Assembly: GCF_009914755.1 (NCBI RefSeq)
Contig: NC_060929.1
Reading direction: 5' to 3' (one strand)
Length of the DNA: 64,000 nucleotides
Source of the DNA: the human T2T-CHM13v2.0 reference genome, Homo sapiens
In this document: in pieces, positions 19,859 to 32,700 of the stretch
How positions within the stretch are numbered: the first letter of the stretch is position 1
Layout of the letters: each line of letters starts with the position of its first letter
Notes under the pieces: model-generated
What the model was told of the DNA's origin: nothing
What the model saw: only the letters and a program-made list of their open reading frames with translations
The model's database searches: none
Position numbers and translations under genes: made by a program

Positions 19859-22194
19859 CCATGCCTTTTAGAAAAAGGAATGAGATCAATTCAGAGTGGT
19901 TATTATAAAGAATCAGTCATGTTTCTTATAGAACCTGGAATACCAAAAATATTCTGTCTCTATTCACTTGATTTCCCTTTGGTTTCTTTGTTCTTTCCAT
20001 GGGATCACTATTTGACCTTAGGACTCTAAGGTCACATTCTGAAAAGTAATGTGAGCTGTTGAGTTTTCCTCCTTAGATCTATAAAAACATATGTATGTTG
20101 TCTATTTTCATACCCAGATTAAGACATTGCCTCCAGCCAGCCAATTTCCCTTCTCCTGTCCCTGAATCATGAAACTGGCACCATCTCTGAAAAGTTTCCA
20201 AGTTGTCTTTCTGTTTTTGTAGCTTGTGAAAGATGTGGTTTTTGGTTGTGTGATTCTTTTTAAGCTGCCTCATTTGTTTTTGGACTGAATAGTAGCATAG
20301 CTACCCAAACTTGGACAGAAACATCAAATTCAGAATCTCTGGAAGTACAGCAATAAGAAGCTAATTACTTCATGTTTTCAGTATGAATGAGACTCAGATA
20401 CAGAACAGAATCACTGCTTCCCTGTTCTAACTCGCACCTCAGCTATGCTGGCAAACCTTGTTTTTCCTTTTGGGTTTAAGGGAATATGCTGGGAATAAAA
20501 AGCATTTTCCTCTACTCCACCTGCTGAATGGAATGAATAAAAGCCTCCATGAAAGATCTAAGTATTTAGCAAATACAACTTCAGCTTCCAAAGTTTCACG
20601 TCTGAAATACATTTCAGAGTTTCATATTTGATTCTAGACCAGAAACGTGCATGCTGATACTGATTATTTGTATCCTTTGGCAGAGGGTCTAGGGAAGTGT
20701 TATAATTCAGCTGTGTGGGGAGAGAGGATGATCGCGTATATGTGGCTTCTATGTGGTTGTCTGCAGATGGTGGAGAATGAAGTCCACCAGCTTCCCTCTT
20801 CTATCACTAGCTTCTACCTCCCTGGCTGGCCTCCCTTCATACCATGCCCTGCCGCCCCTTGCTTTCTATACTTGAGCCTCGCTGGCATCATTCTTCTTCC
20901 TGCCACAGGGCCTTGGCACATGCTGCTGCTGCTATCTGGAGTGTTCTTCACAAGCCTTGCCATATCTCTTTAACTAGTCAACTCTTACTCTTCCTTCAGA
21001 TATCAGCTCACTTACTGGGGGAAGCTCTTAAGTGAAATGAAGTGAAATCCCCTTCTTAAATGGTCCAAGGACACTGGATACTTCTTTGCAAGCAGCTGTG
21101 ACAGTTGCAGTTTTACATTTCTCTGTGTGATTCCTTGGGTAAATTACTTGCTAAAGTGTGGTATCTGTATGATGGGAGAGATGATATGTGGATGTCCTTT
21201 TATGATGTTAAAGTTATATGTTTATTTTAATGTGTATTAGAAGAAATATCTATATAGTACTACTAGTAATGAATACTTACACTTTTATGAGTATTTTTGC
21301 ATAAAGTGGGCCTTAAAGTAGATAAAACAATCCGTCTTACATAAATTATATGAATTAGAAGTACCATAATCAGACAATAGGTATATATGGCAAAAATTTT
21401 GGAAGTAGTATGCAAATGATTGAAATTTGAAAAATGAGGTGTTCATCAATATCTGTCTCCCTTTATGAGAGTGTAAGCTCCAGGAAAGAGGTTTACTGTG
21501 CACCCTTGCACCCACCAGACCGAGTGCATATTTAGGTCTTAAGAAATATTTGTTGAAAGAATGGACAAGCGATTGAATGAAAAACCTAGTGACTTAACCA
21601 GTGCCCCTCCCAAGTAACATTAGGACAGGTGATTAGAAAGAAGGTTAAGGTTTTATTGAGGATCATCCATATAGATTGCAGACAGGGGATAGGCTGGAAC
21701 TTTGTAGAATGCCTATACTCATTTTGATGACTAGAGCAAGAAAAACGATATGATATGACCCTTGAACTAGCTGAAGAGAGCTATGGTATCTTTTAAATCT
21801 TCCCATAACTAAACAAGTCTCGTTTCTTTAGTTGTTTTTTGTTTGTTTGTTTTGTATATGTTTTTCTGGCCCTTTACTAGTCATCCGTTATTCTCCACAT
21901 AATTTTGTTTTAAAATTTATAAAAGTTTATTTAATATGCAGCATCTAGAATGAGATACCATAGTCCATATGTGGACTGACCAGCTGAAACTACAATAGGG
22001 AAATTATCATCATCTGGGTCTTATTAAACTTGGAGTCAATTAAGATTCTCATCTTTTTCATACGCACTGCTGTGGAACAAGATCTCTCCAAATATGGATT
22101 CATGAAATTGATCATTCGGAACCTAAATGGAGGCTCTAAAAGGTTATTTTTAGTCCTATCTTATTATATAATATATAGGATATTTATTATAAAA

Positions 22195-22420
22195 ATAATG
22201 GCACGTTTATTTAATCCTTATTATATGCTAGATATTTTGTTAAAAATACTTGCATGCCTCCCTCTCAATCTTCCCAACAACTCTGTGAGGTTGATACTAT
22301 TTGTATCCTCATTTTACAGAGGAGGAAATGGAGGCACAGACAGATTAAGTAATTTGCCCAAAGTTACAAAGTCAGTAAGTGGAGGAGTCAAGATTCCAAC
22401 TCTGGCTGTCTGACTTCAAA
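22195..22420 (-). mobile_element. MIR
   Basis: CCTCATTTTACAGAGGAGGAAATGGAGGCACAG...AAGTAATTTGCCCAAAGTTACA. Confidence 0.85.
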
Positions 22421-22729
22421 GCTATCTTCTTCTGTATCTGTATCTCACGTTGATTTGTGTTAATTTAAATTAGGGAATGACTTAACAATATGTAAAGATA
22501 GTACCTTGAACATACCTAGTGTTCTTCTGAGAATCTCAGAAGGCTTAGAAAGATAGCATTTTTTTTAAAGGAAATAAAGCCAAAAAGATTAGCACTTTCT
22601 CCACCACTATAAGCTTTTTCAGAGAAAGGACCACCTTTTTTCATCTTTGAATACTCTGTATCTAGCAGAGTATCTAAATCATGTTTATGACAGTTACCAG
22701 TTTATTGCTTTTCTGCTCCAAATCTACTC

Positions 22730-23278
22730 TTTGCATCGTTTTGCTACAGTGAAGCGGAACCCTGAAAACATTTCTATACGAGCTGATATGAAGTAACGTT
22801 TGTCAGTAGAGGGCGCTGGGGAGACACTATCAGAAGAAGGGGCATTTCTTTGGGGTTCTTGTGCTTTTCTTCTTGCTCCTGTGTTTCTTCTTGCTCCTAT
22901 GGTGCACACCTTTTGGTGAGTTTTACTGGCACCCCAGCAAGTTGCTTCCAGAGAGTTTCACCAGCATTCTAGTGGGAATGAAGCACCTCGGTGAAATTCT
23001 TCACCATCCAGTGGGCCATGGCCACATCTCGAATGCAGCCTGAATCTCATCTTCACAGGGTGTCCTCTTTCAAGTGAGTTCCTTCCTTGAGTACTCTCCT
23101 CAGCTTTGAAGATAGTAGTTGCTCTCTACACCTGCTATTCCAATGTTCTTTAGAGATCTCCTTACCCTTCTTAGTAGTTAATCCCTTTTACTAGTTAACA
23201 ATTCTTTCCATTAAAATATCCCCCCTGTTCAAATGATTTGTCTGGTTTCTGTCTCCTGACTGGACCCTGACTAATATA
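22730..23278 (+). mobile_element. ERVL solo LTR (LTR41-like; subfamily uncertain)
   Basis: 3' end GGTTTCTGTCTCCTGACTGGACCCTGACTAATA; internal CTCF-like motif. Confidence 0.55.
22801..22818 (+). promoter_or_regulatory. CTCF-like core motif
   Basis: TGTCAGTAGAGGGCGCTG closely matches the CTCF core CCAGYAGRGGGCRCY. Confidence 0.55.
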
Positions 23279-23298
23279 GACAATAAATGGTTAATGGA

Positions 23299-23567
23299 TG
23301 GGCTGGGCATAGTGGCTCACACCTGTAATCCCAGCACTTTGGGAGGCTGAGGCGGGCAGATCACTTGAGGTCAGGAGTTCGAGACCAGCCTGGGCAACAT
23401 GGCAAATCCCTGACTAAAAATACAAAAATTAGCCGGGCGTGGTGATACTCGCCTGTAGTCCCAGCTACTCAGGAGGCCGAGGCAGGAGAATCACTTGAAC
23501 TCAGGAGGCGGAGGTTGCAGTGAGCCGAGATCATGCCATTGCCCTCTAGCCTGGGTGACAGAGTGAA
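23299..23567 (+). mobile_element. Alu (AluS-type) lacking an A tail
   Basis: Alu dimer ending at GACAGAGTGA. Confidence 0.92.
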
Positions 23568-23599
23568 GTTTTTTGAAGTGAAGTTTCTCAGAGTTATAC

Positions 23600-23910
23600 A
23601 TTTTCTCTCTCTCTCTCTCGTTCGTTTCTTCCTTCCTTTCCTTCTTCCTTTTCCTTCCTTCCTTTCTTTCCTTTTTTCTTTCTTTTCTTTTTTTTCTTTC
23701 TTTCATTTCTTTCTCCCTTCCCCTCCCTCTTCTCTCTTCTCTCTCTCCCTGCCCTGCCCTGCCCTACCCTGCCCTGCCCTGCCCTACCCTGCCCTTTTCT
23801 TTCTTTCTCTCTTTTTCTCTCTTTCTTTCGTCTTGCTCTGTTGCCCAGGCTGGAGTGCAGTGGCATGATCTCAGCTCACTGCAACCTCCACCTCCTGGGT
23901 TCAAGCAATT
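23600..23910. repeat. Polypyrimidine low-complexity tract with (CCCTG/CCCTA)n, adjoining a reverse Alu fragment
   Basis: CT/CTTT/CCCTG runs from 23600 to ~23830, then an Alu 3' fragment; probably an expanded Alu tail. Confidence 0.85.
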
Positions 23911-23951
23911 CTTATACGTTTTCAAGCAATCTATAAAACCTACCTCTTTTT

Positions 23952-24275
<324 letters not shown>

Positions 24276-26473
24276 TCAATTAAATATACAGCAGATTTCA
24301 GTAGCACCAAGGATATAGAAACATATTTCCCTCTCGTGTGCTCTCTCTGCACAACCATCTTGGATTTGCAATTTTGTCCCATATTAGTAGAAACAATCTG
24401 CCCAGTCTTAAAACTTGTACCATTTCCTGGGTCAATAGCACTGTCCCTACTGCAGGTGTTCTATTTTGAGAATGCAATAGATTTTACTATTCATTTCCAC
24501 AGGAAGTTGCTAAACTCTTAATACAGTTGATATTCCCAGGCTCTGAACAGTCTTGTTTTTCTAAACCATGCAAAACAAGTTAGTATATAATACGTTCCTA
24601 TAACTTATTTTGGGGAATAAGGCATGTTAGAAAATAATCCAACATCTTACTCTTATGTATCTATGGGTCAGACTAAAAAAAATTATTTCCTAAGAAAACA
24701 TGAAATGTGAAAATCACAGTGAAGTGTGTCTCTGTGACAATTCGCACAAATTGACTATTTACATCTCTATCCCCAAACACTTTGGCCAAGTGAACCAAAT
24801 CCTTAAATTGAACACAGTTCCAAACAGGGAATGCCCAACCTTTCATTAAGGCTGATAGAAAAGCACATCAAGGACATGTGAGGTTTTCCTTGTTTATGTA
24901 ATAAAACAGACACCAATGTTTAGCTGCTGAATGTGTAAATATAGCCTGCGTGACAGTGGGGAGCTAAGAAGGAAGGAAGCAATTTGGGAAATACCTCCTT
25001 CCCACATCACAAACATTCTCAGAACCATCAGAAGACCCCAAAGCAAGGTCCTACAGTATGTGCATTTTATAAAGCAAACCCACCCTCTGGCTTCAGGCTG
25101 TGTGTGACCTGGTTTCTCTTTTTAATTTTATAACTAGGGTGGAAAGCTAACAGTGTAGTATGTCATGGTCAATATGTCAACCGCAAAGTGGGTCCAATGT
25201 TGCAGAAAGATTCCAATAGTCATTTAGTACATTTCCCTTGTTACTTGAGAGAATGGTAGTTCAATCACTAGGGTCTGGAGTCCCTAGTGTCAGATCCCCA
25301 AGCCTAAAGCTCTGAGTTCTCTGAGTGGATTTTAGTGTACATTTATATACAATGGCAAAAGGAGTTTTTTCTGGGGGGTGGAGGACAGCTTTGGGGAGTG
25401 GATTCGAAGGAGGGGGTGCCACTTTTTAATAGCCATTATTTCAATTTTAACGGTCATCAAACAAATCATCCCTAGTCATTTTGAAATGGAGAACATACAA
25501 GTCTTGCTGCTCAGTTGGGCTTAAATATTTCCACATTGTCACTACTGCTTCTAAAAATATTTTTTGTTAATTTGTGAAAGTGTAGTTGACAGCACATTTT
25601 TGTCTGATGTGCTACTACTACCATACTAGCTAATATAACAACCCAAAAGTGCTTAGGATTGGAGATTCCTCCTCTCTTCCCACCCCATGATAAATGGGAC
25701 ATCACTCAGATAAATATGAAAAGTGAAGACTATATTTATATTTTTCTCTTTGTGGTCAAGTTCACTGACAGGAGGTCCATTCTCAGCCACCCACACCCCA
25801 CCAAATATTTAAGACATAGAATTACTTTGTTTAGTTGGTTCAGCCAAGATGGAAAATGCAGATCCCTGTATAAGCTGCATACCAGGAACAATGGTGTTTA
25901 GCTTATGACTGAGCCAGGAATGGCACACTTTTTAAAAGGTAGATAAGAGGTGAGAGAGGATCATTTCCAGAAAGTGATGGGAGCTGGGGAAGATGCATAG
26001 AGGCCCCAGGTTATAGCCTTTTCTTGGTTCAATCTGCTTTTTATGTTTTTATTAGATATGGTTAAGAACTAGGAATTGGTGAGGGGTTGGGGAGGCAACA
26101 GAGAGGAATGAAGTGAAGACTGTGGGAGTTAGGGAGGGAATGACTTCAAGACCCAACGTGATGAGAATTCCAAAGGAGGGGGAGGGGGGGTCAAAGTCTC
26201 CAGGGCTTCCAAGAGCAGAAAAATCTGCTAGACCAGCCTTGGAGGCAGCAGTGGGCGCCCATGGAATCTGTTCCATTACATTCATTTTGCATGATTAGCA
26301 GCAAACCAGGCTAAAAGAATTAACAGAGCCTTCAAAACAGATGGTTCCTGGGTAACAGGATGTCCTCTTGTCTTGTTTACTCAAGAACAAACTGCGTCTT
26401 TGAAAACACTAAAGTCATAACACAAGATCCTCATTGGGTCTCGCCATCTTTGGGAAGAACAGTTGCTTTAAGT

Positions 26474-26703
26474 CAGTGTTTTTCAAACTGCGGTTGTGAC
26501 CCATGAATGTTGTCAACCAAGTTAAATGCTGTTTGACTAGTGTGTTTTAGTGGAATGTAACTGAAGAATCAAAGTGCCCCTCATCTAGTTTTGCGAAATT
26601 TTTGTTTCAGTGGTGTGTATGTATAACAGTATGTATGTGCCAGTTTGTAATGGAAAATTAGTTCTTATGGTGGAGCAAGATCCAAAAAGTAGAAAAATAT
26701 TGC
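26474..26703. mobile_element. hAT-Charlie-like DNA transposon remnant
   Basis: CAGTGTTTTTCAAACTGCGG start and GAAAAATATTG end resemble degenerate terminal inverted repeats. Confidence 0.45.
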
Positions 26704-27445
26704 TTTAGGCAACTTTAGAAGGAAAAGAAAGGATTGACTGTGGTATACCAATATTGTGGTATGTAATTAGCAGAGTGAGCACACTCTCCCCACCTTTTTC
26801 CTTAGACGATGCGTGTGCATCTGTGTGTGTGCCTGTGTGTGTGATTCTGCATGATGTACTAGGCAGCAGCGTACTTCCTCCTAAGAATAAGATGTCATAA
26901 GATCCAGAGGTTTATTTAAGGAAACACTGCTTAAAATGATAATTTAGAAAATCTGAGAAGCAAATCTGTAGCTCCACACCAGGGCTCTTAAGATGAAGAG
27001 ATCCACCCTCTTGCCATTGACTTAAAATTGTAAATAAGTCCTTAAATGTTTTTTTTTTTTCAGGCCATATCATATCTTTGCCTAAGCACGAGCCAGTCAC
27101 CTCAACAATAGTAGCATAATTTTACATGGTTTATGTTAAGAAGAAAAAGTTTCACCTGAGTTATTTATGGTGCCTGGCTCCTCAGGAGGCGAATTTCCTG
27201 TATATGTATATTACCCTAACAGAAATGTAGAAAATCACCCATACTGCCTTCTGTTTCCAAACACATTGAAAAATGTTTCTACCTTCGCATTCCCTGTTAG
27301 CCTTTAAAGTCTGACATCTGGTAACAAGGTAAGTATCGAAAACTAAGCAGCCACACCTCAGGGATGCTGGGGAGGTCCTTTGATAGAAAGATGAGGCAGC
27401 AGGATGCTCAGAAACTCAGAGACATTATCACCTATTATTGGAACA

Positions 27446-27451
27446 TTTATT
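27446..27451 (-). terminator. FGF1: Distal polyadenylation signal AATAAA
   Basis: Canonical hexamer followed on the minus strand by GU/U-rich sequence (TGTCTCTGAGTTTCTG). Confidence 0.75.
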
Positions 27452-29479
27452 AATATTTGTAAGGTGCAGACTATGATACACAAAAAGACAGTGATGTGAA
27501 ATAACAGGCATCTTCATCAGAGGTCTGCTTTGCAGCCTGTGAGTTTAGTTGTCAGCAGTACACTCAAGGCTGAGGACTTGGCGCCTTGGGTTCCTTTGCC
27601 TCTGACACAAAGCAAGGACCTTCAGTACTAGCTGATGCTCCAATCAGTTTTTTGTTCATACACACTGTTGGCCATTGTGAATCTTTCTTATCATGCCTTC
27701 CAAGGAAACCAATACCTACCTCCACCACCATCACATTGCAAACGACCAAAAGCACATATGTTCATGATGCTTTGTTCAGAGCTGGCCCGAAAATGAATCC
27801 ATATGAGAGTCACGTGACAGGAGCTGGCTATGAGACTTACTTAAGACAGCAATGGGAATGTCCCCAGGTTAATAAACTAGAGCATGTTCAAAACAGAGCA
27901 GGGAACTACCAACCTCTTCCTTCTAAGAAGATCTGACAGGCTCTTTGGCTGATTTGAAAGCAGTCCCCCTGAAGCTGACCCGGTTCTAAAGTTGAAAATG
28001 CTAAGTTTACCTTGCCATGTCCTCTGACATTTTGATAGGGGTTTATTTTATGCTGGGGTTGCTGATTCTTCCAAAATCTGGGTTTCTGGGATTTGCTTTA
28101 TTCAGCAGGAACCTACAAAGTCTGTGTTTATTCTTGACTGAAAGAATTGAATCCACAGCATCTTTCATCATAAATATAATGCCCTGGGAGAAGATACAGC
28201 AGCAAACCAGACAGACAAGGTCCCCAGTATCCAGTACAGTGCCTAGCACACAGTAGGCACCTTAATAGTCATTGAACAGATATATGAATGATATCTGGGC
28301 TGAGATGGTCGAGGTCACATTGGTGTTTTTACTACAATGCTTTGCATCTCCGAAATCACAGACTTCCATTTCACAAGTTAGCAATGGTATTTAATTTCCC
28401 TTGGCCAATGTTATGCTTGAGTTTGATTCATACAATAAAAAGTATGGACCATTATAATTATCTTAGATTTCCTCTCTGGGTATCTTTTTCTGGCCAAATC
28501 TTCATACTAAAGAGACGTTAAGCCACACTGCATTTTCTCTAACTTGCCTGCAAAGATTTACTAAAATAAAACAGATTGATCTTATCCAAGTAACAAAAAC
28601 AAAAAAGTTATGAAATTATTTTGCTGCACAAATCTAAAATACTATTATTAACCATAATGTCAGCTTACTTAGGTCAATTCTTCAATTGCACTATTGCTTT
28701 GAACTTTCACAAACTGTCATTTTCCTTCCATTCTAAATATGACAGTTCAGTTACTAAGGAATTGTTTTTAGTTAACAATTACTTCAATTTCATATGAAAC
28801 AGGAGCTAACACTCTCATCAATTTTTATTCACAATTACCATTGCTTAAGAGTTCCTACTTTCAAAAGAAAATTTGTAATAGCACAGTGGAAAACAAAAAT
28901 CTCATTTTATAGGTAAATAAGTATCAGATAAGTGAGTAGCTTATACATTGTATCCTATTACTATCATTCTCAGTGCCTGAATACTAATCAGTTTAACTGC
29001 TTTCAAGCTATATATTTTTAAATGCAATTAAAACATACAGTCTCACAGTAAATTTCAATGACTTATTAAAGGCCTTTACATGGCATCAGTATCATATGTT
29101 AGAGATGAATGGTGTTTCTAATTTGCTAGCCACCTGGGTCAAGTTTAAGCAGGAAGTGTATTTATACAAGTAATGGTAATACAAATGGTCTCCTGGGAAA
29201 AGCTGTTGGTAAGGGTTTAACATTTTTGAAGTATGTTTTTGTATATCTTCGAAATGGGCATTTTATAGGCATTGGGCCAAAGCCTCTTAAAATCATGCTC
29301 CTTAGTACAGGCATAACTATTGTCAGTGCTGCCTGAATGCTCAGGTAGACTCATGAGGTGTGCATTTTTAAGGGTTAGTTGAGGTCAGGTGAGGTTCGGG
29401 GCGTCGAACCACCTTCATTTGAATAACTCTTTAGGACCAGGACCCTGCTCCTTAATGTATGGCGGGTAAGGCAGCAGTA

Positions 29480-29616
29480 TTGTCAGCACCTGCACCTGGG
29501 GGGGACCTGATGGAACTGCAGAAACTCTGCCCCCAACCCACTGAATCAGAATCTCCATTCAAACCAGGTCCCCAGATGATCTGCAAGCACTTCAGTGTTG
29601 GAGAAGCACTGGGCTA
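29480..29616. mobile_element. MER5-like fragment in the FGF1 3' UTR
   Basis: ACTGAATCAGAATCTCC...CCCCAGATGAT...GAGAAGCACTGG. Confidence 0.65.
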
Positions 29617-30539
29617 GGACCCCAAAGCCTCTGCTTACCAGGGGCCAAGCACAATGTGTGGCATTACTTTCTTTTTCCTTCTCCTTCTGAAATCATCCTC
29701 TTTTTATGGTATCCCCTCAGCCAGTTTCCCTTTCTTTCTCTGCACTCCCACACTCAGTCCCCAGATCCACATGAATTTCCCAGCTCTGATATCCTTGCTT
29801 GTTATCAGGAAACCACTTCTAGTGCTCTCCACCTGAAGTCACCCAGGGCTCTCTGCTGCTGAGTAACCTTGGGAAGGTCAAGGCGTGGTAATGACTCCCA
29901 AGGATTTATTCTGCCTTCCTGCGGCTGGGCCTCCCTTTCTTCATTTATTCTACATGGAGATGCCATCCTTCTAAGTTACCCACCAAAATCCAATCTCTCT
30001 TTTCCATTTTAAATGCCTCTGTTCTGAAGGGGGGATTTCTTTGTCCCTGTTTCTGGTCATGGAATGCTGCCTTCCTAACCTGGCATGAAGCTTCTTTGCT
30101 AATATTTGCAGGGCACAGGAAGGACAAAAGGGAGCCATGCCAGATGTTTGGGGGAATCACAGATAGGGTTTACTCAGTAGAGGGAAATAGTGTGCAGTTA
30201 CTAATGTCCCACTTAGCCGACCCCTTAACACACTTCATTTAGCCCCACTTTTGCATGGAGGGACTCAGCCTGCAAGAGGCAATTGGAGATCCAAACCCAG
30301 ACCCAGACTGGCCAGCCAGTTGACTCCTAGAAGCAATTTGGTCCCTCTGTTCTAAACTGTGCAGGGGTAAAAGGCTCTGCAAAGAAGTGAACTGGGCATT
30401 TAGAAGCAAGTTGCTTACAAATTCAGGCTCTGTGGGCTGGGGGTTAGCGCAGCCAATGGTCAAGGGAACATTTTTGGGTCAACCAGGTGAGGACCCCTCG
30501 AAACTTCTCTGGAGTGGTCAACACCCAGAACAGATCTCT

Positions 30540-30734
30540 TTAATCAGAAGAGACTGGCAGGGGGAGAAACAAGATTGCTTTCTGGCCATAGTGAGTCCGA
30601 GGACCGCGTTTGCAGCTCCCATTCTTCTTGAGGCCAACAAACCAATTCTTCTCTGCATGCTTCTTGGATATATAGGTGTTGTAATGGTTCTCCTCCAGCC
30701 TTTCCAGGAACAAACATTCCTCATTTGGTGTCTG
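30540..30734 (-). CDS. FGF1: FGF1 coding exon 3 (195 nt including TAA stop)
   Basis: Acceptor tctttttag|CAG. Encodes [64 protein letters not shown]. 169+104+195 = 468 nt = 155 aa plus stop. Confidence 0.99.
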   Translation of the reverse strand, partial: QTPNEECLFLERLEENHYNTYISKKHAEKNWFVGLKKNGSCKRGPRTHYGQKAILFLPLPVSSD

Positions 30735-30789
30735 CTAAAAAGATAAAACCAAAAGAGAGTAGGACAATCAGTGAGTAGTTTCACATGGG

Positions 30790-30960
30790 GGTCCCCATTT
30801 ACTAGCTGTGTGACATTGGGCAAAATACTAAAGCTCTCCATGCCTCAGTCTCCTTTTCAGGAAAATTGGGGTCATGGTGGAACTTATTTCACAGGGTAGT
30901 CATAAGGACTTAGAACAGCACCGGGCACTAAAGAGCTGTCAATATGCATTTGCTATTATT
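30790..30960 (+). mobile_element. MIR next to the exon 3 acceptor
   Basis: TTACTAGCTGTGTGACATTGGGCAA...TGCCTCAGT. Confidence 0.75.
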
Positions 30961-31437
30961 GTAAACTTCCTTTCCATTTAAAATCCATTGTAAAGTAATT
31001 AAGATGCTACTGATAAGAGCACTTCTAAGAGTCCTCAGGACTCTAGAATCTCCCACTGGGGACATTCTGCTCGACTGTAAGTACCTTGAGGGCAGGGCTG
31101 GATCTTTCATCTCTGTAGTGGCCTGGCACACAGGCCTGACCATGGAAAAACATTCCAAATAGGTAAAAACCAGACTGTGATGTAGTGGGTTGTTGTTGTT
31201 GCTGTTGTTTTAACTTGAAGGCTAGACTTAAAGAATAAACAAAAAGCTGCTAAAATGCCTTTTATCCTGGTGATTTTCACTAACGTCAGGATTTTACCTG
31301 AGTATTGTTATGAAGATATGCTTGTGCAAAATTTATCCTAAGCATGAAACATATCCTAGAATGTAGATTTTTTAAAATGAAAATAGCTTTATTTTTTGCT
31401 ACTTATAAAAAGAATCTTATAAATAGATGCTACTTGT

Positions 31438-32010
31438 GGTCAGGCACAGTGGCTCATGCCTGTAATCACAACACTTTGGGAGGCTGAGGCAGGAGGATTG
31501 CTTGAGCCCAGGAGTTTGAGGCCAGTCTGGGCAACATAGCAAGACCCATTCTCTACAATTTTTTTTTTAATTAGCTAGGTGCCATGGTGTGTGCCTGTAA
31601 TCACAACACTTTGGGAGGCTGAGGCAGGAGGATTGCTTGAGCCCAGGAATTTGAGGCCAGTCTGGGCAACATAGCAAGACCCATTCTCTACAATTTTTTT
31701 TTTTTTAATTAGCTAGGTGCCATGGTGTGTGCCTGTAATTACAACACTTTGGGAGGCTGAGGCAGGAGGATTGCTTGAGCCCAGGAATTTGAGGCCAGTC
31801 TGGGCAACATAGCAAGACCCATTCTCTACAATTTTTTTTTTTTAATTAGCTAGGTGCCATGGTGTGTGCCTGTCCTCCTAGCTACTTAGGAGGCTGAGGT
31901 AGGAGGATTGCTCGACCCCAGGAGTTTGAGGCTGTAGTGAGCTATGATTGTACCACTGCACTCTAGTCTGGGTGACAGAGCAAGAACCTGTCTCTAAAGA
32001 GTAATAAAAA
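31438..32010 (+). mobile_element. AluJ-type element with a triplicated left arm
   Basis: Three near-identical 135-138 bp units followed by one right arm; flanked by ATGCTACTT. Confidence 0.95.
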
Positions 32011-32229
32011 TGCTACTTATAAGAAGAATTGTACTTTTAAAAATATACCTTTACTTTGTAAAAAGAAAAAACTATCCCAAAACCCACCACCCAGATATAG
32101 GCAACTGTTAATCACTGATAAACATCCTGCCTTACATCTCTTTATGTACATACAGACTAGATAAGGCTATATGGATATAGACTTATGATATCATCAAAAT
32201 GTCATGTTTTATTTGATGTTTTAAAAATG

Positions 32230-32700
32230 AACAACAAACCTATGAAAACATTCAATACTGCTAACGAGAAAAATGCAAATTAAAAATTATTTATCATATG
32301 TTAGCTATCCTATGTGCAAAGATAAAAAAAAATTTGTGCAAAGATAAAAAACCATTTGCAAGACTTAGAATGTGGGAACTAGGCACTGCCATGCACAGTT
32401 GGCGAGAAAAATTAGTGGAAACTTTCTGAAGACAATTTAGCAATATGTATCAAAATTTACAAGATGTATTACCTTTGACTCAGCAATTTCACTTCTAGGA
32501 ATCTACCCCTAGGAGATGGTTGAGTAAGTGTACAACTGTATTTTTGAGGATGGTCTCTGAACCAATGGTTATAGGGGCAAGCGATTAGGAGTAACCTATA
32601 TGTCCATGGAAAGGTGATTGGTTAAGTGGGTAAAAGAATATCCGTACAGTAGAACCCAGTGCAGCTGTACATTTATTAAGTTGAAAATCAGCCACAACGT
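32230..32700 (+). mobile_element. Old L1M fragment
   Basis: CCTTTGACTCAGCAATTTCACTTCTAGGAATCTACCC. Confidence 0.7.

Larger units (their letters stand above)
27428..30539 (-). other. FGF1: FGF1 long 3' UTR (~3.1 kb; distal end approximate)
   Basis: Follows the stop codon, lacks Alus, and ends just past a minus-strand AATAAA (tttatt at 27446-27451). Length is consistent with the ~4 kb FGF1 mRNA. Confidence 0.8.

Noticed and set aside
22030-22413. 127-aa hydrophobic ORF
   Set aside because: Its 3' half is a MIR and it has a non-ATG start; a chance ORF in AT-rich DNA.
30518-30841. 107-aa minus-strand ORF overlapping FGF1 exon 3
   Set aside because: It is an alternative frame starting in a MIR/intron. 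The true exon 3 frame is fixed by the splice phase and is missing from the ORF track because it has no start codon.
31457-31873. Regular repeats as a CRISPR-like array
   Set aside because: The units are contiguous Alu sequence with no unique spacers, and the context is eukaryotic.
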